A DNA stretch of 64,000 bases from Sphyrna mokarran. Taxonomy: Eukaryota. Under the pieces are notes generated by a model. That model saw only the letters and a program-made list of their open reading frames with translations. It was not told the origin of the DNA and did not search any database. Each line of letters begins with the position of its first letter. Position 1 is the stretch's first letter. The translations under genes were made by a program, and so were the position numbers. The stretch covers positions 120,342,001 through 120,406,000 of the forward strand of contig JAGIQG010000003.1 in NCBI GenBank assembly GCA_024679065.1. Reading direction: 5' to 3'. This document shows, piece by piece, positions 1 through 12,008 of this stretch.

Positions 1-330
1 CTCAGATTTGGTCACATCAAAATATTTCCAATATGTTAAACAATGACAGTGGTGGGGAGTGGGGTGGCGGAACCATGTGGAAGCAACTGCCTAGGCAGTC
101 AAGGCGCTTAACAATCTAGGCAGTGTCCTTGAATGTAGCGTATAAGAAAAAAGACCGACAATGCACAGGCAGGACAAAATAAAAATGAGTAAAAATCTTG
201 TTTGTGTGGCAGAACAGAAAAACAAACAACAAGAAAATGCACTGTAATTTGACAAAAGACTTTGGGACAAGACTTCATGACATTATCATATGGCGGTCTT
301 ATGCTCCAGGGCCTTCTCCACTTCTGCTTC

Positions 331-401
331 TCAGTCACCCAGAAAGGAGGCGAGGCGAGGCTCAGGAGCGTCCTTGGCAATGAACACCCCAATGGCTTTG
401 T
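331..401 (-). other. Candidate additional site-C exon (HKAIGVFIAKDAPEPRLASFLGD* if joined to the 178-nt exon)
   Basis: Polypyrimidine tract plus AG (tttttccttccttgcaaaatcttag|AC) followed by a GC-richer coding-like block in AT-rich sequence. Confidence 0.35.
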
Positions 402-670
402 CTAAGATTTTGCAAGGAAGGAAAAATAGTTTCAGTAAATCAAAACTCATCATCATGCTGTTGGTTTGCCTGGTCTGAGTCGCCACATAAAGGGAGGGGG
501 AGGAAAAGCAAGAGGATGTGTATAGTTCAGATGAAACACTGTAAAATTAAAAGTTTTTTTTTGGCATTCGGTGGGCTTATACTCGAAAGTTTACACACAC
601 GTTTAAACCTAATATCTAGACTCATATGCCCAAGCAGTTCACATTCATTGCAGGCTCAGGTCAGACTCAC

Positions 671-724
671 AACCTTCATTTCACTCCCTCCTGCTGGACC
701 CTTTGCCTAGGGTTGTCTAGTCCT
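671..724 (-). CDS. ATP2B2: Second site-C mini-exon (54 nt) supplying Q-D-stop (stop at 719-717; remainder untranslated); counterpart of the 55-nt PMCA2a exon
   Basis: ttttctctag|AGGACTAG...GAAGGTT|gtgagt; phase-1 join C+AG gives Gln, then GAC, TAG; 166-nt intron from the previous exon. Confidence 0.85.
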
Positions 725-890
725 CTAGAGAAAACAAACACATTCACTTCAGACACAAAACAGGTCGCCAAGGAGTAAATAATACTGAACTCTACAAAAG
801 GACTGACAAGATGATTAGTATCAAAATAGTTAAAAAAGCAAAGTGGGGAGAGGTGAAAGATCATCTTGTGCATTAAGAGTACACACTCAC

Positions 891-1068
891 GCCCAGCAGT
901 AGCAGCAGAAATGCTGGTAGGAGAGGAAAGAGCATTGGGAGTAGATAACGATACGTGAGTAGGGCTAGAAATATTGGTTACATCTTGATTTTGGCTGGTA
1001 ACGGATGACTGCCGCCTTAGAGCCCCCTGAAAGGAAGTGCCACTCTTGAATGTATTCACTACTTCGAT
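891..1068 (-). CDS. ATP2B2: Alternative splice-site-C exon (178 nt): IEVVNTFKSGTSFQGALRRQSSVTSQNQDVTNISSPTHVSLSTPNALSSPTSISAATAG
   Basis: Closely resembles the mammalian PMCA2a 172-nt exon (IEVVNTFKSGASFQGALRRQSSVTSQSQD...) with a 2-codon insertion; cattgcag|ATC and GGGC|gtgagt. Confidence 0.93.
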
Positions 1069-2965
1069 CTGCAATGAAGGAGAGAATGAGAAAGTTTGTT
1101 CAAGATGGAGATACAAGATTAATGTGCCCGGGTGCCTCTTAACACACAAACGTGATTCAATTAGCAAAAAAAAGTACATGTCCCAGCACTGTTAAAAAGT
1201 TTTGCAGTAAAGTAATGCCCAACTTTAATAAATGCACTCTGACTAATCCTTAAAAATCCAACGTTCGCCCAATGTGAGAACGTCTTGTATCTTCCAGTTT
1301 TCAATAAGAGCACAGATGAAATAACTGGATTACTTTAATTAGACCTAACTTATGTTCTCATGCACAATATTAAAACAATATATACTTTCACTTATCATAT
1401 GAACAGATGGGAATAATCCACAATTCCAATACAATAATTCATATCTCACAGTTTAAGATTATTTAAAGTGATTAAAAGGCATTCAACCTTATGACAAATA
1501 AATATAACAAAAATACAATTTTCTACCAATATGTTTTGGTAAAATACATTACAATATTTTGCAAAGTCATTTTTATTCAGGGTTCTTAAAACAAACCGAA
1601 GTCACTTTCCAATAACACTGAGCTACCACATTCATTTCATTTTTATTGAGAAAATGAAGCTCACCTTTGAATGTAAAAATAAATTAACTCTTGCATCACA
1701 ATTAGTTCCCAACCTGTACTCACTTATTTATCAATGGAAAAACTCTGGAAATGAACAAGTATTGGCCTGAATTTGGGAGTCCACAATTGGAGTGGTATGC
1801 CTGCTTTTTAATTTCACGTTTTAGTATCAAAAAATAAAATCAAGGTCAATAAACAATTGGTCCTTTCAATATTATAGCTGGATCAGTCTGCAACCCAATC
1901 ACCAGAACCCAAATAGCGCCTTAGCAAGTTTCTTACACGTTAACGCGAACATAATGTATAAGCACAATTAACTGATCTCAATTGGAGTGAATGTGGCTTT
2001 TGTATTTCCAAACAGGGGTTTAAATTTGCGAATAATATCACTTTTGATCACTATGCGTTATGTCCTGCTCATAGTGAGGAGTGAGAGCCTCTGTGGTTTA
2101 GTTACCATCTGGCTTCATGTGGACAGACCGCTTGGATAACTGCCCAGAGAACCACACCCAGCACGAGTCGGGAAATTCAGAAGGGGAGGGCAGGGGATGG
2201 AGTGAAAATTGGAAGGAAAAATAGGAAACGTCAAAAAAAAGTGTTAGCTATTGTTGAATTAGAGTCAAGTTAAACTACTACACACAAAGTAGAAATGTTC
2301 CTTTTTCTTTGATGGATGAAGAAAGGACAGCTTAATTATATTTTTGTGCAGACACACAAATACTATTACAATCTTCAATGTTTCTCGAATACAGACGTTT
2401 GCAACATCCATGGGGGTGGGGAGGTGGAGTGTTCTCCAGCTGGATGTTGGCGAACATTATAGAAGGAGATCAGGAGCAACCTGTCAAAACATTCCCCCAA
2501 GTAGTTATATAACTTCAGAATAATATACAATGCTGTAACTTGAACTATTTTGATCTTTCTTAACAGCCAACGTTTCACAAAAAAAATAATGTTCCTGCGT
2601 TAAGGATTGGAATACGAAAGCTCAAGTAGAGCTGCAGCAAGTATATCACTTCTCGCAACTGGAGAACATGCAATCACAGTCTCCAGTTTAGTGCTATTCT
2701 GGTAAATCACCTGACCAAGGGTTGCAAAGGGACTGAGGGATTATAATTAACCTCAAAGTGACAATCTGATGTTCAGATACATTGGAAAGCAGCATAATAG
2801 GAATCTACTTGACAAAGTTTGGGAACTAAAACAATTACAATTTATGAAAAGTGACAATTATTTGGGAATAATTGTCTCCAAATTAATCCCAAATGCCTAG
2901 TAATATAGAGATACTATTTTGCCAATTATTATCCTGAAATTTGTTATATGAGTAACAGCAGGAAA

Positions 2966-3312
2966 ATGACAACATGGTGACAAGGTGGTTAGCACTGCTG
3001 CCTCATGGCGCCATGGATCCAGGTTTGATTCCAGCCTCGGGTGTCTGTCTGTGTGGACTTCACACATTCTCCCTGTGTCTGCATGGATTTCCTCCGGGTG
3101 CTCCAGTTTTCTCCCCCAATCCAAAGTGTGCAGGTTAGGTGGACTGGCGATGCTGAATTGACCCTTAATGTCAAGGGGATTATCAAGGCAAATATGTGGA
3201 TTATTAGGGTTAGTACATGGGCCTATGGAGATTGGACCTGGGTGGGATTGTTGTCGGTGCAGGATCAATGGGTCGAATGGCCTCCTCCTGCAGTGTAGGG
3301 ATTGTATGTATG
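2966..3312 (+). mobile_element. tRNA-derived V-SINE (HE1-like), CR1-type tail
   Basis: A box tggttagc, B box ggtttgattcc, core ggatttcctccgggtgctccagtttt, tail aatggcctcct..tgca.tgtagggatt. Confidence 0.85.
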
Positions 3313-3584
3313 ATTGCATATATGTAAGGATTCACCGCTTAACTGATGGCTAATCTGCCTTCAAGTTGAGCTGAACTTGCATGAAATGTAGAAATTGGTC
3401 ACGTTTATTTTGGCAAACTACAGCTTATTTTTCAACTACTGATTCTACCTATAGCTGATCTAACCCACTGAGGATTTCTGGCTCTGAACCAGTCTGGTCC
3501 ACAGGGTGTTCAATACTTTGAATGAAATTCTAGGAAAAGTCATGGAAATAAAATGTTAAGTTTTTTAAAAAAATACTTACTTAT

Positions 3585-4140
3585 AGGATGTGGGCTTTGC
3601 TGGCAAGGCCAGCATTTATTGCCTATCCCCAATTGCCCTTGAGAAGATGACAGTGAGCAATCTCCTTGAATCACTGCAGCCCATGCAGTGTGGATACACC
3701 TGCTGTGCTGTCAGGCAGCGAGTTCCAGATTTTAACCATCCCCAGTGAAACAACAATATATTTCCATGTCAGGATGATGAGTGTCTAGGAGGGGAATTTG
3801 TAGATGGTGGTGTTCCCATTTGTCTGCTGCCCTAGATGGTAGCAATCATGCTATCTAAGGAGTCTTGGTGAGTCTTGCAGTGCATTTTGTACACATAGTT
3901 GCCATTGTTCAGTCAATGGTGGAGAGAGTGAATAATTGTGGATGGGATGCCTATCAAGTGGGCTGCTTTTTCCTGGATGATGTTGTTGGAACTGCAAGTA
4001 TTCTCTGAAACTTGCGCCTTGCAGTTGGTGAGCAGGCTTTCGGAATCAGAAGGGAAATTACTTGTTGCAGTTTTTGTAGCCTCTGACCTTCTCTTATGGT
4101 CACTGTATTTACATGGCTGGTCTAGTTCAGTTTCAGGTCA
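3585..4140 (-). mobile_element. Older 3' fragment of the same LINE family
   Basis: ggatgtgggctttgctggcaaggccagcatttattgcc tail plus body similarity. Confidence 0.75.
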
Positions 4141-5236
4141 AGAGCCTTCTTTTTTTAAGCTGATGAAGATGGGTTAAATGGATTTATTTCACATCTTGTG
4201 ATCATTGAATATTTGAAATGGTGGTCATCGTTAGATTATGAGTAAAAGAGTAGATAAGTTTTCTTTTTCTATGAGAAATTGAAGGGATTCAAACATATAA
4301 CCTTCACACCCTCATTCTGAGAAATTTCAACCAGGCAATAATGGACACTAAGCAAAATATTGCACAGTGTTTAGCACTGCCTTCCTGCAGCAGGGACCCA
4401 GGTTCAATTCTGGCCAATTCCGGTTCCACCAGTTCATGGGGAGCAAGTGTTTTCCTCACCTGACAGAACCTCCCCAAAACCATAAAGGCAAGTGAGTCCG
4501 GACGATTGAGCACTGGGTTCACTAAACAAATGTAAATTAACATTTAAATACTTCTGAATAAATTCTCAGCCACTCGCCCGTTTCCGGCTCCCGTAAAATC
4601 GCAAGAGCCAAGAAATCGAGCGTGATCCTGATTTCACGCAATTTCCCCAGCTCATTCTGCCCAGCGATGAACGGGACGAGCCGGTAAAATATCAGCTTAC
4701 GATTCCATGAAACAAACCTAAGAATTGTGTTAAGCAACAGTAATTACAAACAAGGCTGCAGGTAGAATATTAATTTTCCCACATGCCAGAAAGAAGTCCC
4801 ACTGTTAGCTCAGCCAGTGCATGCCAGATATAAATCAGAAGGTGCTTCACTGGAAACATTCATCTTGTACTGTGCAGTGAGTATTTGGCTACTTTTACAT
4901 TCAATGAAGAATACTGAGTTATTGCAAGAAATTGGAGACTTTGCATGATAGTTGGGCGCAGCAGGAGAAGATAGAGCTGTGAGGGAACTGGCGACACATA
5001 GTTCAATTTAGTTAGAGATCCAAAGCCCAGACTGAAATTATCTGAAAGCAGCAGCAGGAGGAGACGGGCAACTTTCCAATCAGAAAACAGAAGAAGCAGA
5101 ACCGAATTGCAATATCACAGGAAAGCACGTAAGTGAGTCGCTGGTGAGTATTCCTCCTCTTTTTTCTCTCTCTAAAGTAGGATGTTGGTTTAAAGTAAGG
5201 CCGAGGAAGTTAAAAATGTTGATCGGAGCAAGTAGA

Positions 5237-5510
5237 AGTAGTGGGGTGGCACAGTGGTTAGCACTGTTGCCTCACACAGCCAGGGACCGGGGTTCGGTTC
5301 TTGGATTGGGTCACTGCCTGTGTGGAGTCTGCGTGTTCTCCCCACGTCTGCATGGGTTTCTTTCAGATGCTCCAGTTTCCTCCCACAGTCTGAAAGACTT
5401 GCTGGTTAAGTACATTGACCCAAACAGGTGCCGGAATGTAGCGACTAGGAGAATTTCACAGTAACATCATTGCAGTGTTAATGTAAGCCTACGTGTGACT
5501 AATAAATAAA
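5237..5510 (+). mobile_element. V-SINE, alternative-tail subfamily
   Basis: Same head and core; tail cattgcagtgttaatgtaagcctac.tgtgactaataaataaa. Confidence 0.85.
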
Positions 5511-5729
5511 CTTTAGAAGTGAACTATTAATAAAAGAATTAATGTGGAGTAGCTTCACCTCACTGCAGATTTTACCCGAGTGCAAGGGAGTTGGCAAGTA
5601 TTGGAACTCATTGCAGGGCGAGGAGAGAAGTGTGTTTGATATTTTAATCTGTGGTTTGAATGTTGGTTGCCTTTGCTGTTCTTCTTGATTTACCTTGCAA
5701 TCAAATATTGAAGAATATAAGATCATACG

Positions 5730-7380
5730 ACGTATGTTGGAGTAAGCCATATGGCCCTTTGAACCTTCATTCGCTAAGATTATGGCTGATCTGTTCTTGG
5801 TCTCAATTCCACTTTCCTGCCTGCCCCCCATAATCCTTGACTCCTTGGTGTTCAAAATTCAATGATCCAGTCTTCATAGCTCTTTAGGATACAGAATTCC
5901 AGAGATTTGTGACTTTCTGAAAGAAGAAATTCCTTCTCATCTCTGTTTTAAATAGGCGACTATGTCCCATGAAACTGTGTCCCCTGGTTCTAAATTCGTT
6001 CTCAGCATCAACACTGTCAAACTTCCCCTCAGAATGTTGTATGTTTCAGTAAGGTTCTTTATCATTCTTCTGAAGTTGGTGCAATCTGCTCAACCTTAGA
6101 CAATCCTTTCATCCCAGGAATCAATCCCTATGAACGTTCTTTGAACTACCTCCAATGCAAACCTGTACTCAGTCCTCAAATTGTGGTCTCACCCGTCTCA
6201 ATACAATTATAGCAACACTTCCCAACTTTGATATTCCACTTCTCTTGCCAACTTTCTAATTGCCTTCCTAATTCCTTGCTGTACTTTTGTGATTCATGTC
6301 CAAAACACCCAGATTCCTGCAGAGCTTCTCTATGGAAGCTGCAGACCTGTGCAAACTACAGAATTCAGAAAACCTCACTCTCCTCGCATCTTTTGAAATT
6401 TTATCCCACTCCAGACATTTCATCTAAACCTGGATCAAGATTTTAGGAAGACATGAGAGGTGGCAAGGCCAACTGGACCACAGTCAACCATAAATGTTGA
6501 TGAGTCACGTAAAATCACTTTTAATTGACTCGATGGTGGGCTAATTGCTTCATTAATTGTCAGCAGGCAGATTCTTGACTGTTGTGAATGCACACTAACT
6601 GAAATATCATGGATGTGCAATGATGTGGGTGCACAATTTTGGGCTGTCCAGGCAACCCAAGATGCTGCCCATATTGAGTCTGCCTGATTATATGACATTT
6701 TCTAAATGTCCTACTACTCCTTCCTTAATGGATTTCAGCGCTTTCCCATGTCAGATGTTAGGCTAAATAGGTGGTTGTTTCCTGTTTTCTATCACCTTCC
6801 TTTCTTGACAGTGAGTATAAACTTCCAATTTTACAATCTACTGGGCACTTTGTAGAGTTAATGGAATTTTTTGAAGATTGCAACCAATATATGTCCCATT
6901 GTTGTAGCCACTTCTCTTAAGACAGTAAAATGAAGACCTCAAGCTCTAGGGGACTTATCAACCTTCCATCCCATTAGTTTTCAAAGCATTTTTCTTTAGT
7001 GACAACGATTGTTTTAAGATCCTCTCTCCATCAACTTCTCCTGATTTCTTCCTATTATTAGGATGCTTTAAGAGTCTTCAACTATGAAGGCAGATACCAA
7101 GTGTAGAATTTTCCCACCCTGTCTGACACAGGAATTGTAGCCAGTGGGGAGTGGGGGGGAGGGGTGGACCATGCAAAGGTCCATTGACCTCCGGGCAGGA
7201 CTTTCTGGTCTTGGAGTAAGCGCAGCTGGAAAATCCCACCCACAATATTTGCTCAAAGTCTCTGTCATTTCCTTCTTTTCCATGATTTATTCTCCAGTTC
7301 CATCCTCTAAGGGACCAAACGTTGACTTTAGCTACTCTCTTCCTTTTTGTATACTTTTAGAAAATTTTAATATTTCATGC
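5730..7380 (-). mobile_element. Old CR1 fragments (3' tail and RT region) interrupted by MITE-like inserts
   Basis: CR1 tail (ggagtaagccatatggccctttgaacc) and RT-like remnants. Confidence 0.65.
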
Positions 7381-8327
7381 AATCATAGCATGGCTACAGC
7401 TTGGAAGGAGTACATTTGGTCAGTCATATTTGTGCATTCTATCTGCAGGGTGAAAGATGGCCATGCAGCCAAAGACTTTAGCATGGTCAAATAACCAGAG
7501 CCAGATCACCTGTTGGATGGCCGAAGTTCTGCTTTAATGATGCTTGCAAATGTGACAATGAAGATCTTAACCATTGTTTATCGTAGTCAGGATTCATTTG
7601 CTGATGACGGAGGAAAACGAGTGAGCATAATTCATCGCAATAACCAGTGGCTCGGCAACATATGCCAACACTGAAAATAAAACTCACAATGACACCTGGA
7701 AGCTCCATGTGTGGCACTGCCATATGTGGCACAAGGATTGGCATCTTAAGCCATCGGGGAAGGTGGGCCATATGAAATAGTCTGATCTGGATTAAATCAT
7801 TTGCTGCAGGTCCATCTTGTTTGTAGATGGAAGGATGCCAAAGACAACTAGAAAATGTTTTACAATACAACATGGAGCAATTTGCATAAAACAAACATTC
7901 ATAATGCTTTGAAGCCAAGCAAATTAATGTGTCAACATGAGCAAAAATTAGATAGCACATTCGAGATCAAGATAGAGACATTGCATCTGAGTAGTAAAGA
8001 TATATCAAAGCACAGCAAATCGAAGATAGCATCAGTATGATGTACAGATCAATTGGATCATTGCAATGCTTACATACAACATCAGTTATTCTTAATTTGT
8101 ATCTTACTCCTGGAATTTTAATGCCAAAAGCTTGGACTAGTTGAACATAAGGACATAACAAACAAGAACGTGGGTAGTCCACTCAACTTATTAGAATCTT
8201 CCTGATCTAATCAGGAGCTGTTCAAAGCATTGCCCTCTCTTCCTGTTTTAATTCATCCACTGGATCAGGATTTCATCCCATTTTGAATGCTTCCATCAAA
8301 TCCACATTCATTTAGTCAGCTGGTGAT

Positions 8328-8655
8328 CTATGTTAACAAGCCACTGATTTAGGCAATGATTTGTTCTATATATTAGCAAGGCACTGAACCAGATGGTGGT
8401 TTATTTCTATATGTTAACATTCACTGAACTCAACGGTGTTTTTGTTCTATATGCTAACAATGCATTCAGCTGGATTGTGATCTCTTCTCTCTGTTAAAAA
8501 TTCACTGAACTAGTCGGTGTCTATTCCAAATGTCAATGAATCACGAAAACAGATGGCAGCCTGTTTCCATACTGTGACAATTCATTGAACGAGATGGTGG
8601 CTTATTCTCTGCTTATGATTCACTCAATGGTCAGCTATTCTGAGCATTAATAAAT
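8328..8655. repeat. Degenerate minisatellite, about 40-bp unit, about 8 copies
   Basis: Approximate consensus ctatatgttaacaattcactgaaccagatggtggtttatt, aligned by eye. Confidence 0.75.
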
Positions 8656-8667
8656 GTGAGTCATTGA

Positions 8668-8993
8668 GGGACATCATGTGGTATAGTGGTTAGCACTGCT
8701 GTCACACAGCACCAGGAACCCAGGTTCAATTCTGGCTTTGAGTGACGTGTGGATTCTTGCATGTTCTCTCTATGTCTATGTGGATTTCCCTTGGGTGCTC
8801 AAGTTTCTTTCCACAATCCAAAGATGTGCGGGTTAGGTTGATTGGTCATGCTAAATTGTCAGGGGGACTAGCAGGGTAAATATGTGGGGTTATGGGGATA
8901 GGGTCTGGGTGGGATTGTTGCCAGTGCAGATTACATGAGTTGAATGCCTTCCTTCTGCACTGTTGGGAATCTGTGATTCTATTCTATGATTCT
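8668..8993 (+). mobile_element. V-SINE, CR1-type tail
   Basis: Head, core and (gattctat)n tail. Confidence 0.85.
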
Positions 8994-9493
8994 ACTGTAC
9001 TTTTAGGTATATTAATCTGGAAGTTTGTTTCCAATATAACTTATTTATTTCTTTTGATCAACTCACAAACCTCTCCAAATCCATGTAATTTATTCCTATG
9101 TCATTGAAAAATTATTACTTCTTTCATATAATCCGAGATGATCCATTAAAGGAAAGTGCTGAGGACAGGTAACTGCTTCCCAGATGAAGCTCACAAGGTG
9201 AAGCAACCAACCTATTCTTCGTACCAGCTGGAACAACACTACAGAGACATTTAACACAAAATCAGAGAGGGGAACATTAAACTGTCTTGTATAAATCTGT
9301 TCCTATTCATTGAAAACAGCATGCAAAAGCAACTATGTAACATAGAGCAATGCAGTACAGAAGAAATCCATTTGGCCAATTGTATCCTCCAAAGAAAGGA
9401 TCTGATATGGTATCTATTTATAATGAGGATGAATATGATTGCTGAATATGTTTTTTTAACCATGGTTTGTAGTCCTAATGGCATTGAGCGTAC

Positions 9494-9676
9494 CTGAGTT
9501 TGGATCCTGTTCAGACCTCTGAACCAAAGAATCTGTCCTCGCCTAAGTTCTCTCTCTGCATGATCAATTTCTTCAGCATCTTCATTGAGTTCCTCTTCTG
9601 GGATGTCATCCTTCTGAGTTCCATGGCCTGCTTCCTTCAGAAACTTCAATCGATTAGTTGGGATGGAGGATATAAC
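9494..9676 (-). CDS. ATP2B2: PMCA exon (183 nt): [61 protein letters not shown]; N-terminal half of the calmodulin-binding domain
   Basis: [18 protein letters not shown] CaM-binding motif; tttcacag|GTT and CAG|gtacgc; 61 codons. Confidence 0.96.
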
Positions 9677-10044
9677 CTGTGAAACAGATGAAAGGACATG
9701 AGTTATTAAACTCTTCTTCTGCATCAGGCAGGGAAGAAAACACAATGATTTATTCAATCATTAGTGAGGAAATCACAAACAATTTAAAACATTAATTTCC
9801 CGTTTTTTTGGGACACTCAGTCCCTAAGAATGAAATACAGGAAGAAAGGAAGGACAGAGGCTTGCTAGGCTGAGACTCTTTTTAATGCCCAGTGAATTGT
9901 ACACAACATTCCAGAATTATACAGCTTGCCAGCAATTGAACATTCATCTCCAGGACACTGCTTTCAGCAGTGCAACTGAAAAATCATACAGACATCAAAT
10001 AAATTGTATTTTTTCTTCAATTTCTTTGAACAATTCTTTAATTC

Positions 10045-10525
10045 ATTCATGGAATGTGGGTATTGTTGGCTGGGCCACCATTTATTGCCCATCCCTGAGA
10101 GAGATTAAGAGTCATCCACATTGCTGTCACATCTGTTGTGAAGTTTTCTGATCCCATCCTGCCACAGGAATGGCAGCAGGCAAGGGGTTGGACCCTTGGG
10201 GTTGGGAAGTAAAGACCCCAAGGTCTGTTGACCTTGGATGGGATTTTCTGGTTTTGGTGCAAGTGCAACAGGAAGTTCCCTCTCTGGAGCCACACGTAAG
10301 CTCGATCAGATAAGGATGACAGATTTCATTCCCTAAAGGATATTAATGAACCTGTTGGGTTTTTACAATGGTTTCACGGTCATCATTAGACTTTTAATTT
10401 CAGGTTTTTATTGAATTCAAATTTCACTATGTGCCATGGTGGAATTTGAATCTGGGTCCCCACAGCATTACCCTGGGTCTCTGGATTACTAGTCCAGCAA
10501 CAAAACCATTACGCCATTGCATCAC
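10045..10525 (-). mobile_element. SINE family 2 (tRNA-like head), interrupted by a MITE-like insert at about 10135-10285; further copies near 27800-28145, 40500-40650 and 50295-50680
   Basis: Shared blocks gatttccttccct.aaggacattagtgaac and ttgaattcaaatt; tail shared with the LINE at 59890. Confidence 0.75.
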
Positions 10526-11005
10526 CTGGAGATTACTAATTATTAACATGTTATTGATGAGGGAAGACTAGCTGCTTAACTGGACAGAGCAGTCGGTGTT
10601 CCAATGAGAAATCTATAGGAATAATCCCAACAAAAGCTGACAATCATAACTGTAAAGGTTTTTATTTGTAAAACAGTTCCTCATGGAATTATGAATTCAG
10701 AGATATGTGGCAGCTGTTTTATTACTTCTTAAGAATATGCTACTGATGCAATACACTTTGGTGTCTGGCAAAGAATTCATGTGTCTTTCAAAATTTGGCC
10801 AACACCATTACTTGAGGAAGTCACTGCAAGGCTGATCATTCTAATGGACAGTGAACACAATAGCCGGAATTCTCCCATCCCACCCACCACTGGAATTCTA
10901 GCAGATGGTGGGGAGGACTTTATAAAGACCCCTTGAAGTCAGGCAGGAATTTCCAGATTTCAGGCGAGCATGGCCAGAGAATTCCACCCAATGCCTTTCC
11001 TAAAA

Positions 11006-11189
11006 TATGATGTGGAGATGCCAGCATTGGACTGGGCACAGTAAGAAGTCCCATAGCACCAATCTGAAACCCAACAGGCTTATTCGATATCACAAACTTT
11101 CAGAATGCTGCTCCTTCATCAGGTGACTCATTTCATAATGCCAAATAAATCTGTTCGACTTTAACCCGGTGTTGTGAGACTTCTTACTG
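11006..11189. mobile_element. Penelope-like inverted pLTR insertion; 10-bp TSD; degenerate hammerhead on the minus strand (11090-11126)
   Basis: TSD tttcctaaaa at 10996-11005 and 11190-11199; same termini as the 56.4-57.0 kb element; UCAC-CUGAUGA-AGGAGCAGCAUUCU-GAAA-GUUU-GUGA. Confidence 0.8.
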
Positions 11190-12008
11190 TTTCCTAAAAC
11201 AAGCAGAAAGATCTGAATCTAGTTCTATCAGGCTACAGTAACTTCTTATGCCATCATGCACAATAATCAGAGAGAAGCTATGGGTTTAACATTGTTATAC
11301 TGTTTGGTTGGGTTCAACGCTTCACAAGATAACGAGTAATCCTCTGTAACTGTTCATTGATAGCATCATAATTTTGCAACAAACATGCAAGTTTCAGTGT
11401 TACTGTCCCTGGTTTCTATTCTTGGATAAACTAATTACTCTGAGCTCCATTATGCAAGAGTGGTTTGAGAACTATCCACATGTAATCTTTCAGTTTAATA
11501 ATTTTAGTAGTAGTAGATATGGGTAGAATTTTGTCTTTTAAAAAGTATAGAGGGATAATTGAGATTAGCTTAAGGGTTTAAAAAGAAAAGGATGCCATGA
11601 ATAAATTGGGCCGAAGGGCCTGTTTCCATGCAGGTTTCCATGCTGCAAACCTCTATGATCCTATGACTCTATAACTGTGCAGACTTTATGCACTGCGCCT
11701 TGGTAGCACATTACGAAATTTGGGAAGTAAAGACCCCAACACCTCTCTGACATCCTTTAAAAGAGTTTTTCTTTAACTTGGGGAAAAATGGAAATAATGG
11801 GCTGGGATCCCAGTTGTTCAATTGTTTTAAATAGATCTTGTGATACTATATTGCACAACTGCTCTTTAGAAATTTTACATGACCTTCATATACTAAATGT
11901 TATCTGCTCCAAAGTTGGTTGATTTGGAGTTGTGCACCAAAACATTCAGATTTTCAGATTTGTGCAGTTCCCATCTTACACTGCCATAGACAACACCATG
12001 AGCTTGTT

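Noticed and set aside
2375-2490. Possible cryptic exon after ttttgacag at 2483-2481
   Set aside because: Weak pyrimidine tract, no recognisable PMCA similarity, no convincing donor
2966-3040. tRNA genes at SINE heads
   Set aside because: A and B boxes run directly into SINE bodies; no complete cloverleaf evident
2897-3353. Recurrent short ORFs such as ...RKLEHPEEIHADTGRMC... as a gene family
   Set aside because: Incidental translations of V-SINE copies
8328-8655. CRISPR-like array
   Set aside because: Eukaryotic intron; the whole unit is degenerate, with no constant repeat and unique spacer structure and no cas genes
9251-9493. Open frame continuing about 80 codons past the ...IQTQ donor, as a possible intron read-through isoform
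   Set aside because: The peptide is low-information, the GT donor is at the conserved position, and nothing else in the sequence supports it
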